A DNA stretch of 64,000 nt. Source: Acidimicrobiia bacterium. Lineage in GTDB: Bacteria; Actinomycetota; Acidimicrobiia; Spongiisociales; UBA5794. This document shows, in pieces, positions 45,560 through 54,079 of the stretch. The notes under the pieces are model-generated. The model was not told the origin of the DNA, made no database searches, and worked only from the letters and a program-made list of their open reading frames with translations. Every line of letters begins with the position of its first letter. Position 1 is the stretch's first letter. The stretch lies in NCBI GenBank assembly GCA_029939995.1, contig JAOZRW010000007.1:15329-79328 (forward strand), written 5' to 3'. The position numbers were made by a program, and so were the translations under genes.

Positions 45560-47086
45560 TCACTTCCCCCTCACGATGGAGTAGAGGAATCCGATGAACG
45601 CGAACGCCGCGACGAATTCGAGCCTTCCGAGCCACATCTGGATGATGTACGTGATCTCCAGGAGAACCGGCATCGACGAGTCGGTGACGCCGACCGACAG
45701 CCCGACGTTCGCACCGGCGCTCACGGACTCGAACAGTGCCGCCTGGAGCGGGATGCCGTACGCAAGACCGATGACGGCCCCGACGATGTACAGGGTCACG
45801 TAGAGCAGCGACATCATGAGCACGGTCCGGGCGAGCGCGGGCGTCAACTCCTTGGTCCGGAACTGATGGTACGAGCGGTCGACGATCGCACCGTGCGGGA
45901 GCAGAACCGACTGGATCTCCTGGCGCATCGAGGTCGCAGTCAAGCCCACCCGCATCGCCTTGATGCCCCCGGCCGTCGACGAGGCCATGCCGCCGAGACC
46001 CATCGCGATGGCCATGCCGGCGAAAGCCAGGCCGCTCCACCGGACCATCTCGGTTGGGGGAACCGTCGCGAACCCGGTGCCGGTGTGCGCGGAGAGCACC
46101 TGGAAAAACCCCTGACGGCTCAGACCCGTGATCTCGCCGTAGGCGTTCATGACCACGAGACCGAACAGCACGAGTGTGAGCGTGAGCAGGAACGTGCCGA
46201 TGATCGTTCTGGCTTCGAGGTTCTTCAGGAGGAGGAGGCGTCGTCGTTCGCCACCCCGGCCCGCCGGGCGGGACCGGCCCCAGAGCGTGTAGTGAACGGC
46301 GAACGACATCGCGCCGGCGACCATCAGGATGGAGACGATGAACTCGAACACGGCGGAGTGGTAGTAGCCGATGCTCGTGCTCTGGGGGGCGAACCCGCCG
46401 GTGTCGAACCCGGCGAAGAAGATCATGAGGCCGTGGAAGAGCGACCGGGTCCACCCGAAGCCGAGAACGAAGTAGGCGACGATCCCGAGCGCAAGGACGC
46501 CGAAGACGAGATGCGCGACGGCCACGGTCCAGATGTACCTCGCCGTGGACTGCACCGAAGGGAGGATGTGGTCGTCGCGTCCCTCGCCGTAGTAGAGCGT
46601 CATCGCTCCCCCGCCCGCGATGAGGACGAGCACAGCGATGATGATGCCCTGGCCGCCGAGGAAGTGCAGGAGGTGGCGCCAGAAGTTCAGAGACGGCGCC
46701 AGATGGTCGAGGTCCTGAACGAGCGCGAGGCCCGTGGTGGACAGACCGGACATGGCGTCGAAGTAGGCGTCGAGCGGACTAGCGAAGTGCCCGGAGAGCA
46801 TGAACGGAATCGCCCCGATGAGCGGGACGACGAGCCAGGTGACGGCGACGACGACCATGCCGTGTCCCCAATCGAGCCGTTGGTCATCGCTGCCGACCAC
46901 GGTCATGGTGGCGCCGAGCGCGCCGAATACGCCGATCATCAGCAGGAACGAACTGAACGGGCCCCACTCGCGCCCGGCCACCGACCAGGCGAGCGGGAGC
47001 AGGCCGGACGCCGCCACGACGAGGAACACCCGGCCCAGGTAGAACCCGATGATCCGGAAGTCCGAGCCGGCGGGACGGATGAGCAC
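45560..47086 (-). CDS. trkH: TrkH/KtrB-family potassium uptake membrane subunit
   Basis: Polytopic, with repeated selectivity-filter-like segments (SGLSTTG, FDTGGF, HTGTGF, GANVGLS). Confidence 0.9.
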   Translation of the reverse strand: MLIRPAGSDFRIIGFYLGRVFLVVAASGLLPLAWSVAGREWGPFSSFLLMIGVFGALGATMTVVGSDDQRLDWGHGMVVVAVTWLVVPLIGAIPFMLSGHFASPLDAYFDAMSGLSTTGLALVQDLDHLAPSLNFWRHLLHFLGGQGIIIAVLVLIAGGGAMTLYYGEGRDDHILPSVQSTARYIWTVAVAHLVFGVLALGIVAYFVLGFGWTRSLFHGLMIFFAGFDTGGFAPQSTSIGYYHSAVFEFIVSILMVAGAMSFAVHYTLWGRSRPAGRGGERRRLLLLKNLEARTIIGTFLLTLTLVLFGLVVMNAYGEITGLSRQGFFQVLSAHTGTGFATVPPTEMVRWSGLAFAGMAIAMGLGGMASSTAGGIKAMRVGLTATSMRQEIQSVLLPHGAIVDRSYHQFRTKELTPALARTVLMMSLLYVTLYIVGAVIGLAYGIPLQAALFESVSAGANVGLSVGVTDSSMPVLLEITYIIQMWLGRLEFVAAFAFIGFLYSIVRGK

Positions 47087-47087
47087 G

Positions 47088-47234
47088 TCAGGCCACCCAG
47101 AGGGCGACGACGGCGATCACGATCGCGATGAAGGCCAGAGCGAGCACGACGGACGCTTCGACGGCGAACGACAGGATCGCGCCGACCACATCGCGGCGGA
47201 ATCGGGCGCCGGCGTTCTGTGATCGGCCGGTCAC
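47088..47234 (-). CDS. Unlisted 48-codon ORF encoding a single-TM peptide between trkA and trkH
   Basis: Manual translation gives (V)TGRSQNAGARFRRDVVGAILSFAVEASVVLALAFIAIVIAVVALWVA. The GTG overlaps the trkA stop (GTGA). Its TGA is 1 nt before the trkH GTG. Third codon positions are almost all G/C. It is below the apparent length cut-off of the ORF track (no listed ORF is shorter than 60 aa). Confidence 0.4.
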   Translation of the reverse strand: MTGRSQNAGARFRRDVVGAILSFAVEASVVLALAFIAIVIAVVALWVA

Positions 47235-47890
47235 GGCTTCGGCCCGTCGACACCGAGGGCGATGCAGACGTCGGCCGCTGCGCTGATCGTCGATGCGACG
47301 AGGACGTGATCGCCCGGTTTGACCTTCGTGGTCCCGCGCACGATGAACACGTCATCGCCGCGCATCACCGTGACCAGCAGCGAATCCGGTGGTATGTCGA
47401 GCTCGGAGACGAGCCGGGCCTCGAACGTGGCGGGGATCTCGAGTTCCTGGACGGCGACTCTCCCGCCTCCGAACAGGTCCGACGACGCGAGGTCGGGGAT
47501 CTTGACCTCCTTCGAGATGACCTGAGCGATCAGGTGGGTCACGCTGACCACCTGGATCTCGAGAGCCTCGAACGTCGCCTGGTTGGACGGGTCGTTGAGC
47601 CGAGCCATCACCCGCTTCGCCCCGAGGGTTTTCCCGAGTTGCGTGGCGACGAGGTTGTCCTCGTCCTGGCCGGTCACGGCGATGAGCCAATCGGCCCGAT
47701 CGACGTCGGCGGCTTTCAAGAGATCCGGATCCGTGCCGTCCCCTTCGAACACCAGCACCTTGACGGCATGGACGATCGCACGAGCCCGGCCGGGCTTCTC
47801 CTCGACCACGGCGACGAAGTGCCCGGCCTGGGAGAGCATCCGGGCGAGGTAGGAGCCGATCTTTCCCCCGCCGACGATCACGACTCTCAT
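47231..47890 (-). CDS. trkA: Trk system NAD-binding (RCK) protein TrkA, second copy
   Basis: MRVVIVGGGKIGSYLARML Rossmann motif followed by a TrkA-C-like domain. 4-nt overlap with the first copy. Confidence 0.9.
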   Translation of the reverse strand: MRVVIVGGGKIGSYLARMLSQAGHFVAVVEEKPGRARAIVHAVKVLVFEGDGTDPDLLKAADVDRADWLIAVTGQDEDNLVATQLGKTLGAKRVMARLNDPSNQATFEALEIQVVSVTHLIAQVISKEVKIPDLASSDLFGGGRVAVQELEIPATFEARLVSELDIPPDSLLVTVMRGDDVFIVRGTTKVKPGDHVLVASTISAAADVCIALGVDGPKP

Positions 47891-48552
47891 GCGAGTTCGG
47901 GCCTTTCATCCACCAGGTACTTCTTCACCCTGCCGAGCACACCGTGTTTGGCGGCAGCGGTCACGACGTCGCCCGGTTTGAGTTTGAAGTCGTCGTCGGG
48001 TACGAGCGTCCGGTCGTCTCTGCTCACGGCGGCGACCCGCAGTTGCCCGCGCACCTCGAGGTCCGAAACGACGAGACCGGTGGCCTTGTCGTTGAGCACC
48101 ATGTCGATGACTTCGACGTTGCCGGTCGAGAACGTGATGTGATAGTCGAACTCTTCGTCGACGATCTGTTCGTGAAGGATCCGCGAGGTCAACCGGGACG
48201 CCGCGACGTACCGGATGTCGAGGGCGCGGTAGGCCTCGATTCGCGCCGGATCGTCCAGTCTGGCGATCGTCTCGTGCACGCCGAACACCGATCGGGCGAC
48301 TTGCACGGCCATGGCGTTCGCGTTGTCGCCGTTCGTGACCGCCACGAAAGCGTCGGCGAACTCGATGCCCGCTTCCTTCAGCACCTGCACGTCGTAGGCA
48401 CGACCGACGTGGACCGTTCCGTTGAACGTTCCGCCGAGCATCTGGAAGCTGTCGGCGTCGGCGTCGATGACCGACACGTCGTGCCCCTCCTCGGAGAGGG
48501 TGTCTGCGAGATCACTCCCGACCCGTCCACACCCGGCGATCACGATGCGCAT
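47887..48552 (-). CDS. trkA: Trk system NAD-binding (RCK) protein TrkA, first copy
   Basis: MRIVIAGCGRVGSDLADTL Rossmann motif followed by a TrkA-C-like domain. Confidence 0.9.
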   Translation of the reverse strand: MRIVIAGCGRVGSDLADTLSEEGHDVSVIDADADSFQMLGGTFNGTVHVGRAYDVQVLKEAGIEFADAFVAVTNGDNANAMAVQVARSVFGVHETIARLDDPARIEAYRALDIRYVAASRLTSRILHEQIVDEEFDYHITFSTGNVEVIDMVLNDKATGLVVSDLEVRGQLRVAAVSRDDRTLVPDDDFKLKPGDVVTAAAKHGVLGRVKKYLVDERPELA

Positions 48553-48644
48553 AGGCAGAGGTTAGAGGTGTCTGCGTCGCCCGGGCGTCGATCGGTCCCG
48601 TCGATCCGTCGGGTTTCCCGTCCGATCACGTACGCTTCCTGGTC

Positions 48645-49886
48645 GTGAAACAGATTCTCCGTCCGCTCGCCATCCTCGCCGCCGCCGCGCTCGTCGCCGG
48701 AGCGTGCACTTCGACGCCCGCGTCCACGGCAGAGTCGTCCGTGACGTCTCCGCCGACCACCGCTAACCCCACAACCACCGAAGGATCGACTTCGACCATG
48801 ACTCCTTCGACCACGACCACGGAACCCGCGGTCGTGCCGGAAGTCACCGCGACCGGTGACCTTCCGCCGGGGCTCCTCGACGCTGTGAGCTCCGTGCTCA
48901 CATGGCAGCAGGAACCTCAGGCGCCGAATCCGGACATCCCCGAAGGGCTCGCCGACCATCTCCGGTCCTACCCGATCGAGACGACGGACACGATGACGGT
49001 GACCGGGTCGACGGCGACGCTCGACGACGGTTGGGTCGCCGTCGTCGAAACCGGGAACGGTGACATCCTGCTCGGAGCGGACGAGGGCGATGGATGGGCG
49101 ATCGTCGGCGCCCGGCCGGCCAACGGACCGGCCTGGTACGGAGACGAGCCGCGCATGGTCATGGTCATCGGTTCGGACGCCCGCCCCGGAGAGAATCAAC
49201 AGACCCTGCGTGCCGACAGCATCCACATCCTGACGGCGAATCCGTCGACCGGCTCCGGGACGATATTGGGGTTCCCGAGAGACAGCTACGTGACGACGCC
49301 GTTCGGATCCATGAAGTTCTCGTCGGTGATGGCCGGACGCGGGCCCCAGGTGATGGTCGACACCGTCGTGAACACCTGGGATCTGCCGGTCGAGGGATAC
49401 GTCGTCACCGGCTTCCGGGGGTTCGAAGACCTGATGGGTGCAGTCGGGAACCTTCCCATCGTCCTCCCGCTCGCCGTCCCCGAACAGGCCGAGTGGACGG
49501 GGTTCCGCGCCGGACGGCAGACCCTGACCCCGCAGCGAACGCTCGAGTACTCCCGCACCAGGAAGAAGATCCCCGGCGGAGACTTCACGCGCTCCGCCAA
49601 TCAGGGGCTCGTGATGCTCGCCGTTCTCGATCTCCTCCAGATGAACGACGTCGTCGACTCGCCGGAGATCATCGACGTCCTCCTCGATCACACGTGGACG
49701 AGCCTGACGCCGACCGACCTGATCCAGTTGGCGGCGACCGTGCACACGCTCGACCCCGCCGCGATCGAGAACGTGGTCCTGCCGGGGAAACTCGGGCGAG
49801 CGGGAACTGCCTCGGTCGTTCGGCTCACGCCTCAAGCCGACGCGATGCTCGCGGATCTCGCCGACGACGGCGTCCTCAATCGGTAG
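48645..49886 (+). CDS. LCP (LytR-CpsA-Psr) family cell-envelope phosphotransferase, lipoprotein
   Basis: Lipobox LVAGAC, Thr/Ser/Pro-rich linker, and LCP core (VIGSDARPGE...RADSIHILT...GFPRDSYV...). Confidence 0.82.
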   Translation: MKQILRPLAILAAAALVAGACTSTPASTAESSVTSPPTTANPTTTEGSTSTMTPSTTTTEPAVVPEVTATGDLPPGLLDAVSSVLTWQQEPQAPNPDIPEGLADHLRSYPIETTDTMTVTGSTATLDDGWVAVVETGNGDILLGADEGDGWAIVGARPANGPAWYGDEPRMVMVIGSDARPGENQQTLRADSIHILTANPSTGSGTILGFPRDSYVTTPFGSMKFSSVMAGRGPQVMVDTVVNTWDLPVEGYVVTGFRGFEDLMGAVGNLPIVLPLAVPEQAEWTGFRAGRQTLTPQRTLEYSRTRKKIPGGDFTRSANQGLVMLAVLDLLQMNDVVDSPEIIDVLLDHTWTSLTPTDLIQLAATVHTLDPAAIENVVLPGKLGRAGTASVVRLTPQADAMLADLADDGVLNR

Positions 49887-49920
49887 CTGCACGCTCCATC
49901 GCCCGTCGGGACGTGGCGGC

Positions 49921-51408
49921 CTACTGTTCCCCTGGACCGGAGGAAACACCGGCGTTCGGAAGTCGTATGGCTTCAGGGGACTTGGCCGCCTCGTGGGAAA
50001 TCGGCCCACCAGAAGTCACCTCAAGACCCCGACGCTCCATGGCCCCCCACTCCAGATCCCCCCGGGCCGCCGAAACCAGGCCACGGAGGCGCCACCACGA
50101 GGATAGTTGCCGGTACCCGAAGTTCTCGATGAGTGCTGTACCGAGGAGCGTAAGCAGATCTCTGGACCGTCGATACCTCCGGAAGGAAATCTCTTCAAGA
50201 GCGACTGCCGCAACCGACAGGGCAGAACCGAGGAACACTGCAACGGCGAGGAACGCGACGATGTACCCGAAAGATGCCACTCCGATGACGACCGCCAGCG
50301 CGAACGCGAAGTACCCGAGAAGCTCCACGATGGGCCCGAGCGTTTCGAAGAGGAGGTAGTGCGGGAGAGCCACGAGTCCGGGAACGCCGTATTTCGGATT
50401 CGCGATCATCTTCCGGTGACGAACCATCACCTGCGCCAGCCCTCGCTGCCACCGATCGCGTTGACGCCCCAGTTCGGCAACTCGCTCCGGCGCTTCAGTC
50501 CATGCAACCGGATCCGGGATGAATTCGATTCGATAGGGCGTGCCCCGATCGCGGCAGTGACGATGGAGCCGAACGATGAGCTCCATGTCCTCTCCGACGG
50601 TATCGGGGTCGAACCCGCCCGCTTCCGCGACAACCGATCGCCGGAATGCCCCGAATGCTCCCGAGATGATCAAGGTGCCGCCGATCGAGTTCCATCCGAC
50701 CCGGGCGGCAAGGAACGCTCGCAAGTATTCGAGCACCTGGAACCGAGCGAGCATGTTCCGCGGAAGGCGGATGTCCTCGACCGAGCCGCCGCTGACGCGA
50801 CATCCGTTGGCGATGCGGACGATTCCGCCGACCGCCACCGTCGATCCGTCCTCCAAGAACGGCCGAACGACTCGCGCAAGCGCATCCGGCTCGAGGATTG
50901 TGTCCGCATCCATTGCGCAGAACAGGGCGCTGCGGGAGTAGTTCAAGCCTGCGTTCAACGCGTCGGCCTTTCCCCCGTTTGCTTTGTCGATCACCGTCAG
51001 GTTCTGATGTCGGACACCGTGATAGACGGCAGAAACCGGCGCGCATGGAATCGAGCTCGTCGGCACGCGTGTGACTTCCTCCAAGTCGAACGCGTCGATG
51101 AGGGAACGAAGCGTGTCGTCGTTCGAACCATCGTTCACGACCACGATCTCATAGTCGGCATAGGTGAGCGTCAACAGTGACCGGACCGAAGGGACGATCG
51201 AGGCTGACTCGTTGAACGCGGGGACGACGAGAGAAATGGGAAGGCCTCCGCTCGATGCCAGGAGATCATCGATTTGTAGCGAGTCGAGCCGATCCATGTA
51301 TCTCCGGAGGCTCCTGAAGGCCGTGAAACTCAGTAGCAGGTACGTTCCGTTGAGCACGACGAAGTAGATGATGATGAAGATGTTGAAGGCTGTGAGCGCG
51401 CTCGTCAT
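49921..51408 (-). CDS. Processive family-2 glycosyltransferase (PgaC/IcaA/cellulose-synthase-like polysaccharide synthase)
   Basis: Start trimmed to ATG 51408 (MTSALTAFNIFIIIYFVVLNG...). Motifs VVVNDGSNDDT, AMDADT, GEDMEL and QRDRWQRG (QxxRW). N- and C-terminal TM helices. ATGA overlap with the HEAT gene. Confidence 0.88.
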   Translation of the reverse strand: MTSALTAFNIFIIIYFVVLNGTYLLLSFTAFRSLRRYMDRLDSLQIDDLLASSGGLPISLVVPAFNESASIVPSVRSLLTLTYADYEIVVVNDGSNDDTLRSLIDAFDLEEVTRVPTSSIPCAPVSAVYHGVRHQNLTVIDKANGGKADALNAGLNYSRSALFCAMDADTILEPDALARVVRPFLEDGSTVAVGGIVRIANGCRVSGGSVEDIRLPRNMLARFQVLEYLRAFLAARVGWNSIGGTLIISGAFGAFRRSVVAEAGGFDPDTVGEDMELIVRLHRHCRDRGTPYRIEFIPDPVAWTEAPERVAELGRQRDRWQRGLAQVMVRHRKMIANPKYGVPGLVALPHYLLFETLGPIVELLGYFAFALAVVIGVASFGYIVAFLAVAVFLGSALSVAAVALEEISFRRYRRSRDLLTLLGTALIENFGYRQLSSWWRLRGLVSAARGDLEWGAMERRGLEVTSGGPISHEAAKSPEAIRLPNAGVSSGPGEQ

Positions 51409-52427
51409 GCAGCTCCTCCGTACAAGGTCTCGATCGCCGCATCCCGAAGGAGCCCGCCGCGCTCGGTGAGCAGTGCAAGTTCGTCGGACGCGTGAAGGTC
51501 GGCGAGCGCCTGAGCCGACCGTATCGCCACCCATGGAGATTCGTCGTCGGCCATCTCGAAGATCAATCGAGCGTCCTCTCTGCTTCCGATCCGCCCCAAC
51601 GTCGTGATCGCGGCCGAGCGCACGAAGAACCTCTCATCCTCGATGAGCGGTCGGACGGCGGCAGCATGTTTCGCGCGGCCAACCACGGAGAGCAATCGAA
51701 GACATGCCGCGATCAAGTTCGGGTCCGCTCCGGGTATCTGCGCCGCGGCCACATCGGATGCCTCGGGATCCCTCAGAAGTCCCAGAGCTCGAGCGACGGC
51801 AACACGCCCCCCAACGGGGTTGCGAGCGTCGGCGAGGTAGGTCCTCATGCTCGCAGCCGCGCCGATACCGACACCTGCCAGCATCGAGGACAAGAGAGCG
51901 ACGCTCCACGATGAGTACCGATCAAGTCGAAGCAGGACTTCGCCAATCCACCGTTCGCGCTGCGGTTGGCACAGAGCGCGGGCTGCCACCAGCGACACCA
52001 GGGGCGACGAGTCGTCGAGAAAGGTGGAGATCGTCGCCTCTCCGTCGGTATCACCGAGGCAGCTGACGATTTGGAGGGCTCTTGCTCGAGTCTCGGGGCG
52101 ACCCGAGGCAAGGTCCGGCGCGACGACATCGAGCAGCGGAGCCGCGAAGGCCCGAATCCTCTCGCGATCGGCACCGCGGAGTCTCCGGGCGATGCTCCAA
52201 GCGATTTCTATGACATCGCGCTGCTCGGCGGAATCCACGTCGTCGGCCAATGCGGCCGGATCCGAGTCACCGGATATGAGCCCGATGAGGAGCGGTTGCC
52301 ACTGCTCGCTCCGCCGGTCGCGTCTCGACGCGCGCCGTCCGTGGAGCACCCGGAGGACAAGAACAAGACCGGCAAACAGGAGGTTGAGGGCTGCAAGTCC
52401 CGCGATCGCGACCGCGAGACCGGTCAT
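51405..52427 (-). CDS. Membrane-anchored HEAT-repeat protein
   Basis: N-terminal TM helix LAVAIAGLAALNLLFAGLVLVL, then repeated HEAT/PBS-lyase-like units (e.g. FFVRSAAITTLGRIGSREDA, SPWVAIRSAQALADL). ATGA overlaps on both sides. Confidence 0.7.
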   Translation of the reverse strand: MTGLAVAIAGLAALNLLFAGLVLVLRVLHGRRASRRDRRSEQWQPLLIGLISGDSDPAALADDVDSAEQRDVIEIAWSIARRLRGADRERIRAFAAPLLDVVAPDLASGRPETRARALQIVSCLGDTDGEATISTFLDDSSPLVSLVAARALCQPQRERWIGEVLLRLDRYSSWSVALLSSMLAGVGIGAAASMRTYLADARNPVGGRVAVARALGLLRDPEASDVAAAQIPGADPNLIAACLRLLSVVGRAKHAAAVRPLIEDERFFVRSAAITTLGRIGSREDARLIFEMADDESPWVAIRSAQALADLHASDELALLTERGGLLRDAAIETLYGGAA

Positions 52428-53497
52428 GTCGCCGCAAGGTGTCGACGAACTCGCACCGCGACCTCTGCTGGAGAGAAGGGTTTGACGATGTAGTCGGTGG
52501 CCCCCAGATCGAACCCATGGACCACGTCCTCTTCACGGGCCCGTCCGGTGAGCATGATGACGGGCAGCTTCGCCGTGGCCGAGGAAGAACGCAGCCGTTC
52601 GAGAACCTCGAACCCATTCATCCGCGGCATCATCACGTCGAGGATCACGAGGTCCGGAGGGGAAGCAAGTGCATCGGCCAAGGCGCTCTCTCCATCCGCG
52701 TGGCGCCGTACGACGTACCCATCTCGAGAGAGCCGATCCTCAATGAGCGCAACCACGAGATCGTCATCTTCAACCAGGAGGATGTCACGAGGCCGTGGGG
52801 GCGCCTCTTCGACGGGAGCCGAAATCGCCGAACCGGCCGAGATCTCGGAAGCGTTCGACTCTCCCGACGTCACCAGTGCGTTCACGGTGTCGACGAGAGC
52901 CGCGGCGTCAAACGGTTTCGTGAAGAACGCGTCGGCGCCGGCGTCCAGGACACCCCGACGTGTCTCCTCGTCGTCCAACCCCGACAAGACGACCACGGGA
53001 ATCGCGGGTGTAGAGATGCCAGTACGGATCTCTTTGAGCAGGTCGAGGCCCGACCCATCGGGCAGTAGACAGTCGAGTAAGACGAGCGCAATAGCGGGAC
53101 TGATGCGCCCCCGGGCCTCGGCGAGAGACGCTGCGGAGACGAACGACCGGCCCGGTGCGGCAAGAGTCCTCTCGAGGATCGCCCGCATCAGAGGATCGTC
53201 GTCCACCATGAGGATTTGGGACACGGTCGCGTTCGTCACAACGATCTCATCCAGAATCGACACCAAGGTGACGACCACTTCGCCGAGTTCGCCATCGGCT
53301 GCGTGATTGGCTTCGGTCGCGACCGCGGTGACTTCAGGATGTCCGTAGCTACTCCCTGAACCCTTCAGACGATGGCAGATCCCCCGGCTCTCCACGATTG
53401 CGGTGGCATCGCCCGCAGCAACATGGGGGGCCAGTTCGCGCAGCCGCTCGAGATCCGGCTCCACTCCCTTTCGATATGCGTCTTCGAGGCTCTGCAA
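52424..53497 (-). CDS. HPt domain fused to two receiver (REC) domains
   Basis: HPt motif CHRLKGSGSSYG. REC1 ILMVDDD...LVLLDCLLPDGSG...TKPF. REC2 ILLVEDDD...LVILDVMMPRMNG...IVKPF. No output domain. Confidence 0.85.
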   Translation of the reverse strand: MQSLEDAYRKGVEPDLERLRELAPHVAAGDATAIVESRGICHRLKGSGSSYGHPEVTAVATEANHAADGELGEVVVTLVSILDEIVVTNATVSQILMVDDDPLMRAILERTLAAPGRSFVSAASLAEARGRISPAIALVLLDCLLPDGSGLDLLKEIRTGISTPAIPVVVLSGLDDEETRRGVLDAGADAFFTKPFDAAALVDTVNALVTSGESNASEISAGSAISAPVEEAPPRPRDILLVEDDDLVVALIEDRLSRDGYVVRRHADGESALADALASPPDLVILDVMMPRMNGFEVLERLRSSSATAKLPVIMLTGRAREEDVVHGFDLGATDYIVKPFSPAEVAVRVRRHLAAT

Positions 53498-53686
53498 CTC
53501 GGCTACTCCTGGGTTGTATCCACATCAACCGACCTCATCCGTCCGATCGATGGAAACGAGTCGGTGGACTCGATCGGGCTCGGCCAATACTGACTCTTCG
53601 GCAGGATCACATGGGCACTTCAGCCGTATGAACCGGCGGAAGCGCTCGACTCTCAAGCACACCTTCCGCTGTGCCGATGAATCCGA

Positions 53687-54007
53687 ATGGAACGGATACT
53701 GGAGCGAACAGCGCTTGTCCACGCAACCCTGATCATCACCGTGGCGGCGATCATGACCGGTTGTGCCGGCACGGCTTCCTACGAGCGAGAGATTCCTCTC
53801 GAGGCGCACTGGAAGTGTGACGTTCAACATCGCACGTACACCGACCTGGACACGATGGCCGACGATCTTGCCGGCCGTCTTGCAGGGGAGGGAATCTCGG
53901 ACGAGCGCTATGCGAGGTTCAAGGCGGACATGGAGTCCTCTCCCGACCTGCGATCCGCAGTGCTCACGGAATACACCGCCTATTGCGGGGACGCCGGTGA
54001 TGACTAG
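53687..54007 (+). CDS. Small lipoprotein, unknown function
   Basis: Lipobox in ATLIITVAAIMTGC. Located in the AT-richer segment, divergent from the HPt-REC-REC operon. Confidence 0.5.
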   Translation: MERILERTALVHATLIITVAAIMTGCAGTASYEREIPLEAHWKCDVQHRTYTDLDTMADDLAGRLAGEGISDERYARFKADMESSPDLRSAVLTEYTAYCGDAGDD

Positions 54008-54079
54008 CCCGTTCACGCCCTGGGAGAATGGCCACTTCGTGGGTTTCAGGAACCGCGCTGCAGAGCCGATGGTCTTCTC

